Both the position numbers and the translations under genes were made by a program. This document shows, in pieces, positions 20,227 to 32,439 of a DNA stretch of 64,000 nucleotides. The DNA lies in contig JBDSDZ010000036.1 of assembly GCA_039920345.1 (NCBI GenBank), positions 6,827 to 70,826 on the forward strand, read 5' to 3'. The stretch is from Croceibacterium sp. GTDB lineage: Bacteria > Pseudomonadota > Alphaproteobacteria > Sphingomonadales > Sphingomonadaceae. The number at the start of each line of letters is the position of its first letter. The stretch's first letter is position 1. The notes below the pieces were generated by a model that saw only the letters and a program-made list of their open reading frames with translations, was not told where the DNA came from and searched no databases.

Positions 20227-21617
20227 GCCTCCGAACAGCGCTCCTCGCCGCCCTGCTCGGTGCCGCTCTGACAACGCCCGCAGCGGCGCAGGACTTCGCC
20301 GTCACCGGCGCCACCGTGGTGCTGGGCGACGGGTCCGAACCGATCGCCAATGGCACGGTCATCGTGCGCGCCGGCAAGATCGCCGAAGCCGGCGCCGGGA
20401 TCGCCGTGCCGGCAGGGATGGCGACAATCGACGGCACCGGCAAATGGGTCACGCCGGGGCTGTTTTCGGCGGTGACCGATCTCGGCCTGTGGGATGTCGA
20501 GGCGGTCGACGAAAGCAACGACACCGAGGCGGCCCATTCGCCGTTCAGCGCCGCGCTCGACGTGGCCCCGGCAATCAATTCGGAATCGCAGAACATCGCC
20601 ATTGCGCGGGCCGGCGGGATCACCCGGGCCACGGTCACGCCCGCCCCGGCCAATTCCATTTTCGCCGGACAGGGCGCGCTGATCGACATGGGGGCTGATC
20701 GCCAGGCGGTCATGCGCCCGCGCGCGTTTCAGCTGGTCGAACTGGGCGAAGCGGGCGGCCAGCTTGCTGGCGGCAGCCGGGTGGCGGCCCATGCCCTGTT
20801 CCGCAATGCGCTGCGTGAAGCGCGCGATTACGGCCAACGCTCGGCCATTCCCGGCGCCTCGGCACGCGGCGGCGCGGCGCGCGCCGTGAGCGACGCGGGC
20901 GACGACATCCCGTTCGATCCGCGCCTGACCGACGACCCCGCCGACCGCGGCAGCGACGTGCTGCTGACCCGGTTCGACGCCGCTTCGCTGATCCCGGTGG
21001 TGAACGGCCAGCAGACGCTTTACGTCGATGTCGACCGCGCGGCGGACATTCTCGCCGCGCTCGACCTGCGCACCGAATTCCCCAAGCTCAAGCTGGTCAT
21101 CGTCGGCGCGGCGGAAGGCTGGCTGGTCGCCGACCAGATCGCCGCGTCGGGCGTGCCGGTACTGGCGCAGGCGCTGCTCGACTTGCCGGCCCGGTTCGAA
21201 AGCATCGCTGCCACCCAGTCCAACGTCGGGCGGATGCACAAAGCCGGGGTCAAGGTCGCGCTCGGCGGGTTCATCGGCACCAGTTCCTATCCGCGCTGGG
21301 CGCCGCAACTGGCGGGCAACCTGGTGGCGCTGAACCGGCTGCCCGGTGCGACCGGCCTGACATGGGGCGAAGCGTTCGCATCGATCAGTTCAATCCCGGC
21401 GGAGATCAGCGGGCTTGGCGGTGTCGCGGGGGTGCTCAAGCCCGGCGCGTTTGGCGATGTGGTGATCTGGGACGGCGATCCGCTCGAACTCAGTTCGGCC
21501 CCGGTCACGGTTTACATCGACGGCATCCAGCAACCGCTCGAAAACCACCAGACCCGGTTGCGCGACCGCTATCGCACACCAACCGAAGGCGCCTTGCCCA
21601 AAGCCTATGACCGGTAG
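20223..21617 (+). CDS. Amidohydrolase family protein with degenerate metal site
   Basis: GTG overlaps the previous stop; signal peptide; TPGLFSAVTDLG replaces HxH; GDVVIWDGDPLE. Confidence 0.85.
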
Positions 21618-21713
21618 CTGCCGCTAACCGGTCGCGAATCCAACAACAATGTCAAAGAACGACTGTCCATCTGGCAGGTCGTTCGCGTGTAGGAAAATGG
21701 TTTTAGAGATTCC

Positions 21714-22571
21714 CTAGGGAGTCGGCGCGACCAGTGGCGGCGGCAGCAGGAACCACCCGCTGCCGAGCATGGCATCGAGCCCGTTGGGCGTGTCGGGGTC
21801 GCGCAAGTAATCGAACAATTCGTCGAAATCGCCCCGCCGGTCCCCGGCAATGGCGATCACGCAAACATCTTCGTTGGCCTGTTCGCGCAGCACTTGCTTG
21901 CGGTCATCAGCACCTCGCACCAGCAGGAACTGGTCCTTGCCATCAGGGTCGAGCCCGGTCGCGCGCAGCTTGGCCGACACCTCGCCAACCCGCGATGCCG
22001 GCAGCTGCGTCAGCCACAGCACGAGGATATTGTCCGCCCGCAGTCGCGCCAGCCCGGCGGCGAGCCCGGGCGGTGATGAGGCCGCCGCGCCGGGCGCGAA
22101 ATCGCTGCGGGCGGGATCGAGGTCGACGATCACCGCCGGATAACGCCGGGTGCAGGGCCGCCGATGCGGTTCGACCAGCAAGCCGTCGGACACAATCAGC
22201 GCCGACTGCGGCTGCGGCGTGTCGCGCACCTTCTCGCCCTGAACCAGCGCATAGTCGACGAACGGCTGCCACGAAGCCGTAACCGCGCCGCTGCCGGCGA
22301 CCGGCCCTGTCGGCACTGGCAGCGCGGTAAGCGCGGTCAAGGTCACGGTTTCCTCCCCCGTGACACCATCGCGCGCCGGCAAGGCAGCCGGCGGACCAGC
22401 ATAACTGGCCGCCGCGTCCGACGGGGTGGCGGCGCGCACAAACACGCCGTGCTCGCGCGCAAACATGGTCCCGCCCGCCAGGAATGGGATGGCGACAGCG
22501 GCCACGCAGCCATTGAGCAGGGGCAGCAGAGCGAGCGCGGCCAGCCCGCGATGCCATGGCCGGAAGCGCAC
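21714..22571 (-). CDS. Lipoprotein with class C acid phosphatase/e(P4)-like HAD domain (degenerate)
   Basis: Lipobox LNGC; AVIVDLD, IAGD..GDF, GSGWFLLP; start uncertain. Confidence 0.6.
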   Translation of the reverse strand: MRFRPWHRGLAALALLPLLNGCVAAVAIPFLAGGTMFAREHGVFVRAATPSDAAASYAGPPAALPARDGVTGEETVTLTALTALPVPTGPVAGSGAVTASWQPFVDYALVQGEKVRDTPQPQSALIVSDGLLVEPHRRPCTRRYPAVIVDLDPARSDFAPGAAASSPPGLAAGLARLRADNILVLWLTQLPASRVGEVSAKLRATGLDPDGKDQFLLVRGADDRKQVLREQANEDVCVIAIAGDRRGDFDELFDYLRDPDTPNGLDAMLGSGWFLLPPPLVAPTP

Positions 22572-22581
22572 TGGCCCGGCC

Positions 22582-24516
22582 CTAAGCCCGCGCTTCTTCG
22601 ATCCCCGCGCTGTTGTGGCGCAGGGCGCTGAGCACGGTTTCGACGATGTGCGGCGCGTTGAGACGCGCCTCGTCATACTGGTGTTCGGGCGAATCGTGGT
22701 CCTGGAACAAGTCGGGCAGCCGCATCGTGCGAATTTTGAGCCCGCCGTCGGTCAGCCCTTCGTCGCTCGCCATGGTCAGCACATGGGCACCAAGGCCGCC
22801 GATGCTGGCTTCCTCGATCGTCACCACCACTTCGTGGGTCGCCATGATCTTGCGGATCAGCGCAGTATCGAGCGGCTTGGCAAAGCGCATGTCAGCCACC
22901 GTGGTGGAAAGCCCCCGGGCCTCCAGCTGGTCGGCCGCCTTGAGCGCTTCGGCCAGCCGCGTGCCGAGCGAGAGCAGCGCGATCTTGTTGCCCTGGCGGA
23001 CCACGCGGCCCTTGCCGATCTCGAGCAATTGCGGGGTTTCAGGCAGCGCCACCCCGGTTCCGCTGCCACGCGGATAGCGGAATGCGATCGGCCCGCTGTC
23101 ATGCTGCGCGGCGGTGTAGGTCATGTGGACCAGTTCGGCCTCGTCGGCCGCGGCCATGACCACGAAGTTGGGCAGGGTCGCGAGATAAGTCACGTCGAAG
23201 CTACCCGCGTGGGTCGCCCCGTCAGCGCCGACCAGGCCCGCCCGGTCGATCGCAAAGCGGACCGGCAGGTTCTGGATCGCCACGTCGTGCACTACCTGGT
23301 CGTAGGCGCGCTGGAGGAAGGTGGAATAGATCGCGCAGAACGGGCGCATCCCTTGCGCGGCAAGACCGGCGGCAAAAGTGACCCCGTGCTGTTCGGCAAT
23401 GCCGACATCGAACGCGCGGTCCGGGTGCGCCTTGGCGAACTTGTCGACCCCAGTCCCGCTCGGCATCGCGGCAGTAATGGCGCAGATCCGCGAATCGGTT
23501 TCCGCCAGCTTGGCCAGCGTTTCGCCGAATACGTTCTGGTACGAGGGTGGGCCGCCCGCACTCTTGGTCTGTTCGCCGGTGACGACGTTGAATTTCTGGA
23601 CCCCGTGGTACTTGTCGGCGCTATCTTCGGCCGGGCCATAGCCCTTGCCCTTCTGGGTCACGACATGGACCAGGATCGGGCCTTCTTCGGCGTCGCGGAC
23701 GTTTTCCAGCACCGGGATCAGGTGGTCGAGGTTGTGCCCGTCGATCGGGCCGACGTAATAGAACCCCAGTTCTTCGAACAGGGTGCCGCCGGTCACCATC
23801 CCGCGGGTGAATTCTTCCGCCTTCTCGAGGCTTGAATGGACCCGGCGCGAAAACTTGCGCGTGATCCGCTTGGCCAGGCTGCGCAGGCTCAGGTATTCCG
23901 AGCTCGAGACCATCCGCGCGAGATAGGCGCTGAGCCCGCCGACCGGCGGCGCAATCGACATGTCGTTGTCGTTGAGGATCACCACCAGCCGGTTGCCCGC
24001 CTGTTCGGCGTTGTTCATCGCCTCATACGCCATCCCGGCGCTCATCGCTCCGTCGCCGATCACGGCAATCGCTTTGCCGGGCTGGCCCTTGAGCTTGTTG
24101 GCCACGGCAAAACCGAGCGCAGCGGAAATCGAGGTCGAGGAATGCGCCGCGCCAAACGGATCGTATTCGCTCTCCGCGCGCTTGGTGAAGCCGCTCAGCC
24201 CGCCACCCTGTCGCAAGGTGCGGATACGGTCGCGGCGGCCGGTGACGATCTTGTGCGGATAGGCCTGGTGGCCAACGTCCCACACCAGCCGGTCAGCCGG
24301 GGTGTCGAACACGTAGTGCAGCGCCACGGTCAGTTCGACCACCCCAAGGCCCGAGCCAAGGTGGCCGCCGGTGCTGCCCACCGCATCGATCATCTCGGCG
24401 CGCAGTTCGTCGGCCAGTTGGCGCAGCTGCCCGGATTCGAGCTGGCGAATGTCGGAGGGTGTATCGACGGTATCGAGCAGCGGCGTTTCGGGCCGGCCGG
24501 AAGGTGCGGAAGTCAT
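22582..24516 (-). CDS. dxs: 1-deoxy-D-xylulose-5-phosphate synthase
   Basis: [40 protein letters not shown]. Confidence 0.98.
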   Translation of the reverse strand: MTSAPSGRPETPLLDTVDTPSDIRQLESGQLRQLADELRAEMIDAVGSTGGHLGSGLGVVELTVALHYVFDTPADRLVWDVGHQAYPHKIVTGRRDRIRTLRQGGGLSGFTKRAESEYDPFGAAHSSTSISAALGFAVANKLKGQPGKAIAVIGDGAMSAGMAYEAMNNAEQAGNRLVVILNDNDMSIAPPVGGLSAYLARMVSSSEYLSLRSLAKRITRKFSRRVHSSLEKAEEFTRGMVTGGTLFEELGFYYVGPIDGHNLDHLIPVLENVRDAEEGPILVHVVTQKGKGYGPAEDSADKYHGVQKFNVVTGEQTKSAGGPPSYQNVFGETLAKLAETDSRICAITAAMPSGTGVDKFAKAHPDRAFDVGIAEQHGVTFAAGLAAQGMRPFCAIYSTFLQRAYDQVVHDVAIQNLPVRFAIDRAGLVGADGATHAGSFDVTYLATLPNFVVMAAADEAELVHMTYTAAQHDSGPIAFRYPRGSGTGVALPETPQLLEIGKGRVVRQGNKIALLSLGTRLAEALKAADQLEARGLSTTVADMRFAKPLDTALIRKIMATHEVVVTIEEASIGGLGAHVLTMASDEGLTDGGLKIRTMRLPDLFQDHDSPEHQYDEARLNAPHIVETVLSALRHNSAGIEEARA

Positions 24517-24601
24517 GGCAATCGGCTTACACGCCTGATTCCGGCCTGTCGATGAACGCCGTGTGAGGTTTGCCTGAGCAATTCGTGAGCAGGCGGGCCG
24601 C

Positions 24602-25063
24602 TCAGCCCGCGCAATCCGCGCAAATCCCGCGCAGTTCGACCACCGGGCGCACATCCGCAAATCCGGCGCTGTGCCCGGCGGCGCGCAGGGCGCCGGTCAG
24701 CTTGTCATCGTCGACATGGGTTGCCTGGCCGCAATCGTCGCAGATCAGGAAGATGCAGTCGTGGCGGCAACCCGGGTGGGTGTTGGCGAGATAGGCGTTG
24801 GCGCTTTCTACCCGGTTGGCGAGATTGGTGCGCACGAACAGGTCGAGGATACGGTAGACACTGTTGGCCGCGACCCGCTTGCCGCGCCGGTTACCAACCT
24901 CCTCGGCGATGTCGTAGGCGGAGGCGGGGCGATCCTGGTCCGCCAGCGCTTCGAACACGTCAGACCGCATCGCCGTCCACTGCTCACCCGCCTGGGTAAG
25001 CACCGCTGCGGCTTCTTCGATCAGCTTTGCGCCGGAATGTTCGTGATGATTGTGGCCCGCCAT
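24602..25063 (-). CDS. Fur family regulator, Zur-like
   Basis: His-rich N-terminus, SAYD, VYRILD, two CxxC motifs. Confidence 0.9.
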   Translation of the reverse strand: MAGHNHHEHSGAKLIEEAAAVLTQAGEQWTAMRSDVFEALADQDRPASAYDIAEEVGNRRGKRVAANSVYRILDLFVRTNLANRVESANAYLANTHPGCRHDCIFLICDDCGQATHVDDDKLTGALRAAGHSAGFADVRPVVELRGICADCAG

Positions 25064-25121
25064 GCGCTCAATATAGGCGCGGGGCGGGCCGGCGACAATC
25101 CGGGCTGGCGCTCAAAGGCGC

Positions 25122-25793
25122 TCAGCCGTTGGTAAAAGCGGCGTGATACAGCGCCGGATACATCGCGCGGAACGCCGCCACCTTGGGCGCGTCCCAAGCC
25201 TGGATGTAGCCGTTGTTCGGATTCTTGCGGGCAAAATCCTGGTGGTAGTCTTCAGCTGGATAGAACCTTTTGGGCGCTTCGATCGCAACCACGATCGGAT
25301 TCGACCACACGTGGCTGGCGCGCATCTGCGCGAGGTAGGCGGTCGCCACGGCGCGCTGCTCGTTCGACAAGGGAACGATCGCGGCGCGGTACTGGGTGCC
25401 GTGATCCGGGCCCTGGGCATTCAGCCGGGTGGGGTCTGAAACGACCGAGAACATGACGCGCAGCAGCTGGTCATAGCGAACGATTGCGGGGTTATAGGTT
25501 ACCTTGACCGATTCCGCGTGGCCGGTGTCACCGTCCGAAACCTGGTCGTAATGCGCGGTTGCTGCGTTGCCACCGTGATAGCCGGATACCGCGCTGGTCA
25601 CGCCGTTCATGTGGCTGAACACAGCTTCCACACCCCAGAAGCAGCCGCCAGCGAAAATCGCGGTCTTGAGGCCCGTTTCATTGGCCGTGCGGGTCGCGGC
25701 AGGCGCGTTGAAGGTGCTTTCCGCGGCCACGGCCGGGGCACATGAAGCCAGCGCAACGGCGCCGGCGGCGAGCAGGGCGGTGAGCTTTTTCAT
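25122..25793 (-). CDS. msrA: Peptide-methionine (S)-S-oxide reductase, exported
   Basis: Signal/lipoprotein leader; GGCFWG, GHAE, FYPAEDYHQ. Confidence 0.95.
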   Translation of the reverse strand: MKKLTALLAAGAVALASCAPAVAAESTFNAPAATRTANETGLKTAIFAGGCFWGVEAVFSHMNGVTSAVSGYHGGNAATAHYDQVSDGDTGHAESVKVTYNPAIVRYDQLLRVMFSVVSDPTRLNAQGPDHGTQYRAAIVPLSNEQRAVATAYLAQMRASHVWSNPIVVAIEAPKRFYPAEDYHQDFARKNPNNGYIQAWDAPKVAAFRAMYPALYHAAFTNG

Positions 25794-26025
25794 ACCAGCT
25801 GCGGTCCGTAATGCGCCGCGAAAATCACCGCGGTCACGCCGAAGCCAAGGAAGAACGAGCGGAAGAAGCCGGGTGTAAAAAGACCCATTGGAAGTATCCA
25901 TTTCGCTGAGTGTGCGTGTCATCTGTCCTGCCCCATGCATCCTTTAACCGCGGTGAATGCACCGTCGGTGACCGTTCATATAGAGATAGAGGGCGCCTGT
26001 TTAAAGGACCGGCCCGGACGACACC

Positions 26026-27615
26026 TCAGTGGCGGAAGTGACGCATCCCGGTGAACACCATCGCCAGCCCTGCGGCATCGGCGGCAGCGATCACCTCGTC
26101 GTCGCGCATCGCCCCGCCCGGCTGGATGACAGCGGTCGCCCCCGCTTCGATAGCGATGGCGAGCCCGTCGGCGAACGGCAGGAAGGCGTCCGATGCCATC
26201 GCGCTGCCGATGGTGCGAGGTCCGTCCCAACCAGCGGCTTCGGCCGCTTCGCGCGCTCGGATCGCGGCAATGCGTGCCGAATCGCGCCGGTTCATCTGGC
26301 CCGCCCCGACCCCCACCGTGACCCCGTCGCGGGCGAACACGATGGCGTTGGATTTGACGTGCCGCGCCACTGTCCAGGCAAACAGGCAGTCGGCCAGTTC
26401 CTGCTCGGTCGGCGCGCGGCGGGTGACGAGCGTAAGATCGGCCTCGGTCACCGCGCCATTGTCACGCGATTGGACCAGCAGCGCGCCAGCGATCGGCTTG
26501 ACCGAGAGCCCGCCGCGGCGCGCCTTGGGCAGGTCATCAAGCAGCAGCAGGCGCAAGTTCGGCTTGGCGGCAAAAGCCGTCCGGGCCGCCACATCGGCCC
26601 CCGGTGCGACCACCACTTCGGTAAAGATTTCGGTGATCGCAGCAGCAGTCGGGCCGTCGAGCGGCCGGTTGACCGCAATGATCCCGCCGAACGCCGACAC
26701 CGGATCGCATTCGAACGCCGAGCGATAGGCTTCGGCCAGTGTTGCCGCCTGTGCTACGCCGCAGGGGTTGGCATGCTTGACGATCACCACCGCCGGTTCC
26801 TGTCCGGCGAATTCGGCAACCAGTTCGAGCGCGGCATCGGCATCGTTGTAGTTGTTGTAGCTCAGTTCCTTGCCCTGCACCTGCTCGGCCTGCGCCAGCC
26901 CCTTGGTGTGCGGGCCGAGCGGGCTGTACAGCGCCGCGCGCTGGTGCGGGTTTTCGCCGTAGCGCAGTTCACCCAGCAAGCGCCCGTTGACCGCCAGCAT
27001 TTCGGGAAACAGCCGCCCCTGGTCGGCAAACGCGAACCACTGGCTGATCATCGAATCGTAAGCCGCGGTGGCGGAAAACGCCTTGGCCGCCATCGCCTTG
27101 CGAAATTCGAGCGTGGTTGCCCCGTCATGGTCCGCCAGTTCGGCCAGCAGCACCGGATAATCTTCCGGATCGGTGACGATGGTCACGAAAGCGTGGTTCT
27201 TGGCTGCCGAACGGATCATCGCCGGGCCGCCGATATCGATGTTCTCGATCACCTCGTCGCGCGCCGCACCGCGCATCACGGTGTCTTCGAACGGATAGAG
27301 GTTGGACACCAGCACGTCGATCGCGCCGATATCATGCGCGTCCATCGCCGCCGCGTGTTCGGGATCGTCGCGCACCGCCAGCAACCCGCCATGGATCAGC
27401 GGGTGCAGCGTCTTGACCCGGCCATCCATCATTTCCGGAAAGCCGGTAACGTCGGCCACGTCGCGCACCTGCAGCCCGGCCTCGCGTAGCACCCGCGCCG
27501 TACCGCCGGTGGAAACCAGCTCGACCCCGCCTTTGGCCAGCCGTGATGCCAGTTCGACAATACCGGTCTTGTCGGACACCGAAAGCAGCGCCCGCTTGAT
27601 TGTCACCATGGCCAT
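26026..27615 (-). CDS. purH: Bifunctional AICAR transformylase/IMP cyclohydrolase
   Basis: [35 protein letters not shown]. Confidence 0.98.
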   Translation of the reverse strand: MAMVTIKRALLSVSDKTGIVELASRLAKGGVELVSTGGTARVLREAGLQVRDVADVTGFPEMMDGRVKTLHPLIHGGLLAVRDDPEHAAAMDAHDIGAIDVLVSNLYPFEDTVMRGAARDEVIENIDIGGPAMIRSAAKNHAFVTIVTDPEDYPVLLAELADHDGATTLEFRKAMAAKAFSATAAYDSMISQWFAFADQGRLFPEMLAVNGRLLGELRYGENPHQRAALYSPLGPHTKGLAQAEQVQGKELSYNNYNDADAALELVAEFAGQEPAVVIVKHANPCGVAQAATLAEAYRSAFECDPVSAFGGIIAVNRPLDGPTAAAITEIFTEVVVAPGADVAARTAFAAKPNLRLLLLDDLPKARRGGLSVKPIAGALLVQSRDNGAVTEADLTLVTRRAPTEQELADCLFAWTVARHVKSNAIVFARDGVTVGVGAGQMNRRDSARIAAIRAREAAEAAGWDGPRTIGSAMASDAFLPFADGLAIAIEAGATAVIQPGGAMRDDEVIAAADAAGLAMVFTGMRHFRH

Positions 27616-27622
27616 CGCGGTT

Positions 27623-29533
27623 CTATCCCATCTTTTTGAGCAGCCAGGAGAAGCTGCCGCCGCCGCGCGAGACGAGGCCTTGCATCACCAGCTGCTGCAC
27701 CGGGTGCGGGCGGCCTTCGCCGTCGACCCAGATGCTTTCATCCACTTCCAACGTATCGCCCTTGGCGACGAACTGCCAGTAGCTGCCGTCGGGCAGAACC
27801 AGGCTGGCCCCGTTTCCACCTGATGTGGCGGTCGCTTCGACGCCCGGGCCAAGATGGAAACGCAGCGCATAGGGAATCTTGCCGCGCTTGCCGCGCCCGG
27901 CCGGCACCAGCAGGTCGTCGCCGCGCAGTTCGGTGCCATCATCGCGCACGATCAGGATGCGCCGGTGGACCAGCCCGAAGCGGCCGGCATAACCATCGTG
28001 GCTGGCTTCAAGCCGGGTTGCCGGAGCGCCATTTTCAGTCGCCAGCATGCGCCGGTCGAGCTCGACCTCGCCCACGCCCTGCCCAAGTTTCCCGGCCACC
28101 AGCACGGCAGTCGAATTGGCATCGCCCAGCACCAGCGTCGAATGCGCCGAGGTGGCGCGCAAGCCCTGCTCGATCCGCGTCGGAACTTGTCCGCCGGCCA
28201 GTGCCGCGCCGCCGCAATTGACCACCAGCCGCTGCGGCCCGTGCGAGAATTCGAACGCCAGAGTGGACGCGCAGCCATGGCGCGCGTTGCGGCCGAGCGG
28301 CGGCGGCGCGGCGTCGAACTGGAGCACGCTTTTGCCCGCGGTAACACGCTGGTAACCCCATTGGCGGGCATCGCGCAGCGGGCGGGTTCGCACCCGGCTC
28401 GCATCGATCAGTGCCGCCACCCGTTCCGCCGGGATTGCGCCCGCGCCCTGCCAGCTGCCGAGCCCGCCGTCGCCGTGCGTCAGCGCCAGCAGCGGCGGGA
28501 CCAAGGCCTGCAGCATTTCCTCGATCGCTTGCGGCGGATCGCGCCGGGTGGCGCGGTAGCACGCGGCGAGTTCGACCAGCAGGGTAATGGCTTCCATCTG
28601 CGCCAGTGGGCTGCGCGAGAGAACCCCGCCATCGTCGCCGACCAGTTCGCCCATCGTGCGCGCCAGTCCCGCTTCGCCAAACAGCCGGCGCGGCTTGCCG
28701 TCGGGCAGGAGCAGTCCGGCAGCGGTGATCGCGCACCAACCGGCCAGTGCATCGAGCGCATCATCCGCGCGGCCGACATGGCGGTCGAGCCAGCGCGCGG
28801 TCTGTTCAGCCGTGTCGAGGGTCCGCGCCCGCAGCCCCTTATCGGTGCCTGACAGGATCAGCGGTGCGTGGACCAGCCAGCCGAGCAGGCGGTGTCCGGC
28901 ATGCCCGACCCGCCAGGCCGCGCCCTTGCCCGGCGTACCGTTCGCATCCAGCCAGGCCAGTAGCACCCGCTCGGCAGTCTGGGTGCATTGCGCGCGCGGG
29001 GCACAGGCCTCGAGGTCGCGCAGCCAGGTGAAGCCATGGACTGTTCGCTCCAGCGCCGGGGAAAGCTTGGCCGCGCTCGAAAAATCAACTTGCGAAATCA
29101 GCGCCTTGACCCCGCAGACGAGGAAATGCCCGGCGCGCAGCGCGGTCCCGGCCACCCGGTCCCCCTTGAGCGGGCTTTCGACCGTTGCGCGGAGGCGCGG
29201 CTTTACCGGCTTGCGAAACGGCGCGACCAGCGTCTGGCCGGAAAACCCCATGCGATAAGCCAGCCGCACGATCCGTTCGCCCAGTGTCGTGTCGGGCGCA
29301 GTGAAATTGGACAGCGCCAGCGAGCGCCCGGGCTCAATCGTTTCGCTCGGCGGGGGCGGAGGCGATGGGACGAGCAGGTCGGCTCGCTCGACCACCGGCG
29401 TCAGTGGCACCGCCAATGGCATCGGCATCGGCTTCGACATCGGCTTCGGCATCGCGCGCGGTTCTTCCGCCGATCCCTGCTCCACCGGGCTGACCCCGGT
29501 CACAAAGCGGTTACGCGGCGCGACTTCGGTCAT
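27623..29533 (-). CDS. Heparinase II/III family protein
   Basis: [33 protein letters not shown]; typical rpe-heparinase-purH context. Confidence 0.88.
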   Translation of the reverse strand: MTEVAPRNRFVTGVSPVEQGSAEEPRAMPKPMSKPMPMPLAVPLTPVVERADLLVPSPPPPPSETIEPGRSLALSNFTAPDTTLGERIVRLAYRMGFSGQTLVAPFRKPVKPRLRATVESPLKGDRVAGTALRAGHFLVCGVKALISQVDFSSAAKLSPALERTVHGFTWLRDLEACAPRAQCTQTAERVLLAWLDANGTPGKGAAWRVGHAGHRLLGWLVHAPLILSGTDKGLRARTLDTAEQTARWLDRHVGRADDALDALAGWCAITAAGLLLPDGKPRRLFGEAGLARTMGELVGDDGGVLSRSPLAQMEAITLLVELAACYRATRRDPPQAIEEMLQALVPPLLALTHGDGGLGSWQGAGAIPAERVAALIDASRVRTRPLRDARQWGYQRVTAGKSVLQFDAAPPPLGRNARHGCASTLAFEFSHGPQRLVVNCGGAALAGGQVPTRIEQGLRATSAHSTLVLGDANSTAVLVAGKLGQGVGEVELDRRMLATENGAPATRLEASHDGYAGRFGLVHRRILIVRDDGTELRGDDLLVPAGRGKRGKIPYALRFHLGPGVEATATSGGNGASLVLPDGSYWQFVAKGDTLEVDESIWVDGEGRPHPVQQLVMQGLVSRGGGSFSWLLKKMG

Positions 29534-30192
29534 GCCTGCCCCCGCAGCGCGGCGATGTTCGAAGCATAGCGATCCGGACCGCCCGCAAACGAGGCCGATC
29601 CCGCGACCAGCACGTCCGCCCCCGCTTCGATGCACAGCCGCGCGGTCTCGGGGGTGACCCCGCCGTCGACTTCAAGGCGGATGTCGCGCCCCGTCTTGTC
29701 GATCATTTTGCGCACGGCTTCGATCTTGCGCAACTGGTCATGGATGAAACCCTGGCCGCCAAATCCCGGATTGACGCTCATCACCAGCACCAGGTCGATT
29801 GCCTCGATCAGGTAATCGAGCATCTTGGCCGGGGTGCCGGGATTGAGCGAAATGCCCGCCATTTTGCCGTGCGCCTTGATCGCCTGGACGGTGCGGTGGA
29901 TGTGCGGCCCCGCCTCGGGATGGACGGTGATGATATCAGCGCCTGCTTCGGCAAACGCATCGATCCACAGGTCGACCGGCGAGACCATCAGGTGGACATC
30001 GAGCCGCTTGGCGGTGTGCGGCCGCAGCGCTTTGACCACCCCCGGCCCGATCGTCAGGTTGGGTACGAAATGCCCGTCCATCACATCGACATGGATCCAG
30101 TCCGCCCCGGCCGCGTCGATCGCGCGCACTTCTTCCCCGAGCCGGGCGAAGTCGGCCGACAGGATCGAAGGAGAGATCAACACATCGGGCAT
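29530..30192 (-). CDS. rpe: Ribulose-phosphate 3-epimerase
   Basis: [37 protein letters not shown]. Confidence 0.98.
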   Translation of the reverse strand: MPDVLISPSILSADFARLGEEVRAIDAAGADWIHVDVMDGHFVPNLTIGPGVVKALRPHTAKRLDVHLMVSPVDLWIDAFAEAGADIITVHPEAGPHIHRTVQAIKAHGKMAGISLNPGTPAKMLDYLIEAIDLVLVMSVNPGFGGQGFIHDQLRKIEAVRKMIDKTGRDIRLEVDGGVTPETARLCIEAGADVLVAGSASFAGGPDRYASNIAALRGQA

Positions 30193-30316
30193 GGGACTGC
30201 GCATGACGACTAGGCCGCCGCGAATCGGTTAACAACCAAGGGCGGCGGCCTTTTCCACACGGGTCTGCGCACCGGCTCGGGTCGGCGCGGTCGTCGCACT
30301 TGCGAACGCGCGAGGC

Positions 30317-31561
30317 TTGGCCTCTATTGGGGGCACTGTGCCGCGCCCCCTGCCCGCCTTCGAACCCGAGTTCGCCCTCGCTGCGGCGGTTGCCCTGTGG
30401 GACGACGACCCCTTTGCCGCAGCAGCCGGAGCGCTCATCGACCAGCCGGGCTTTGACTGGGGGCGGTTTTGCGAAGTCGCCTGCTATCACGGCGTAGACC
30501 AGGCGACCCAGCGCCGGATGGCCGAGCTTCTTCCCGGCGCGATGCCGGCGGAAATCACCGCCGAATTTACCCAGGTCGGCATGGCGCGCAGTGCAATGCA
30601 GGCCGCGCAGAGCAGCGTTACTGCACGCCTGGTCGGCCTGCTGGCCAATGCGGGCGTTCCGTCGCTGGCGCTCAAGGGTTCGGCACTGGCGCACCTGCTT
30701 TATGCATCTGACCCGGTGCAACGCACATCGAGCGATATCGACCTACTGGTGGCGCCCGACACGCTTCGGGCGGCGGACCGGGCGCTGCGCGCGGCGGGGA
30801 TGATCCGCACTTTGCCCGAGACTCTCCCGCCAAAAGCGGCGCGACCGATGTACATGAAGCTGGTCAACGTCTTCAATTATCGCGGGCCGGTGTACGGCGA
30901 GCTGGTCGAATTACACTGCCGCCCAACGCTCAATCCGCATTGGTTGCCGGTCACGTTTGAGGAACTCTACGCGCAATCCTGCGAAGTGAGCCTTGGCGGT
31001 TCGCAAGTTCGAGCGCTCGATGGACCGTTGCTGGTCGAATACCTTTGCCAGCACGCGCTCTATTGTCTCGGCTACCGGCTCAAGTGGATCGGCGACATAG
31101 TCCGCGCCCTGCGCCGCGCCGGGGCCGCCGATTGCGCCAGCTACGTCGCCAGCTATCCGGCTCGCCTTCCGCCGGAGCCGGGCAAACTGGCCGATGCCGT
31201 GCTCCGCGCGCTCGATGCAGGAATTGCCCGGTCGATTGCGGGTGCGGGCCCGCCGGTGATGGCAGGCCGCGATGTCTGGCGGATCGTCGATTATCTTCAC
31301 CAGTCCGAAGCGATCCCGACCGAGCGCACGCTCGCCAGTCTCCCGATCGAGTTCTGGTACCATTCGCTGTCGATGCGCCACCTGCCCGGATGGCGCGGCA
31401 AGGCGCACGAGTTGCTGGTTGCCGCCTGCAATCCTGTCGATACCATCACCTTGAAGATCGGCCCCCGGTTGGCGCCAGTCTATTTCGTTGCCGGGCCGGT
31501 TCTGGCATTATCGCGGCTCGTTGCCCGCCGCTGGCGTAAGCCTGCGGCCCCGGCGATCTGA
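30317..31561 (+). CDS. Nucleotidyltransferase family protein (NTP_transf_5-like), lasso cluster
   Basis: LKG..LA..LY.....R.SSDIDLLV, VELH; start 30317 (TTG) or 30338 (GTG). Confidence 0.88.
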   Translation: MASIGGTVPRPLPAFEPEFALAAAVALWDDDPFAAAAGALIDQPGFDWGRFCEVACYHGVDQATQRRMAELLPGAMPAEITAEFTQVGMARSAMQAAQSSVTARLVGLLANAGVPSLALKGSALAHLLYASDPVQRTSSDIDLLVAPDTLRAADRALRAAGMIRTLPETLPPKAARPMYMKLVNVFNYRGPVYGELVELHCRPTLNPHWLPVTFEELYAQSCEVSLGGSQVRALDGPLLVEYLCQHALYCLGYRLKWIGDIVRALRRAGAADCASYVASYPARLPPEPGKLADAVLRALDAGIARSIAGAGPPVMAGRDVWRIVDYLHQSEAIPTERTLASLPIEFWYHSLSMRHLPGWRGKAHELLVAACNPVDTITLKIGPRLAPVYFVAGPVLALSRLVARRWRKPAAPAI

Positions 31562-31584
31562 CTGGCAACGCGGAGGGCTGGCAG

Positions 31585-32400
31585 ATGAGCACGATTGAGC
31601 CCGGCATGGATGCAGATCCGAAAGCACCGGATTGGTACGATGCAATCTGGCTCGCCCGCTATATTGAAGCGCAAGAAATCATCGCGGACAAAGCACCTGA
31701 GCGCCTTCGTGAATTCACCGAGAGCTTCACCATCTTGCGAACGCCGCCCAGCTATTGTCGCCAACTGGCCTTGCCCGGTTTCCTGACGTTGAACGAACTG
31801 GCAAATATCCGCGCCGTCATCCGAACGATCCCGATGAATCGACTCGAAGTCAACGAACTGCAGAATTTCGGCCGCTTTGTGGTCCATCGGTGGCCGGAAT
31901 TTACGGCGCTCCAGGAACGCCTGACAGAACGCGTTTCCGATTTGGTGGGAGAGCCGTTGGAACCGAGTTACAACTTTCTCAGCCTCTATACCAAGATGGG
32001 CATCTGCGAACCGCACCTTGATGCACCTTCAGCCAAATGGACGCTCGATATTTGCATCGATCAGAGCGATGTCTGGCCGATCCATTTCAGTCAGGTGATA
32101 GACTGGCCGCATTCAAAGGCAGATTTGCGCGCGATGTCGTTCGACCAGATCACCGAAGACGCTGCGCTGCACTTCGAGGAAGTGCTGCTGCAGCCAGGCG
32201 ACGCTGCGTTGTTTTCCGGCACCAACCAGTGGCATTTTCGTCGGGCGCTGCCGTCGGGACCGGGCAAACGCTTCTGCGAACTCTTGTTCCTGCACTACAT
32301 TCCGCGCGGAACCTCTGAGCTGGTCCAGCCGAAGACGTGGTCCAAGCTTTTCGATATTCCCGAACTGGCCGAGATGAGCGACCTGGACCTTATCTACTAA
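31585..32400 (+). CDS. 2OG-Fe(II) oxygenase-like protein
   Basis: Y.......HLD (HxD), WPI, L.PGDA.LFSG...WHFR (distal His). Confidence 0.75.
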   Translation: MSTIEPGMDADPKAPDWYDAIWLARYIEAQEIIADKAPERLREFTESFTILRTPPSYCRQLALPGFLTLNELANIRAVIRTIPMNRLEVNELQNFGRFVVHRWPEFTALQERLTERVSDLVGEPLEPSYNFLSLYTKMGICEPHLDAPSAKWTLDICIDQSDVWPIHFSQVIDWPHSKADLRAMSFDQITEDAALHFEEVLLQPGDAALFSGTNQWHFRRALPSGPGKRFCELLFLHYIPRGTSELVQPKTWSKLFDIPELAEMSDLDLIY

Positions 32401-32439
32401 CGAGCCGGCGTCTACCAGCGAGCTGGCGCCGGCGCGGTT

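Noticed and set aside
25794-25940. Long N-terminal extension of msrA, or a small ORF in the purH-msrA spacer
   Set aside because: The signal peptide starts at MKKLT (25793); the upstream sequence shows no coding-like bias I can support.
29415-29455. Short CATCGG/CTTCGG tandem repeat encoding [12 protein letters not shown]
   Set aside because: In-frame low-complexity linker in a variable N-terminus; no sign of phase variation.
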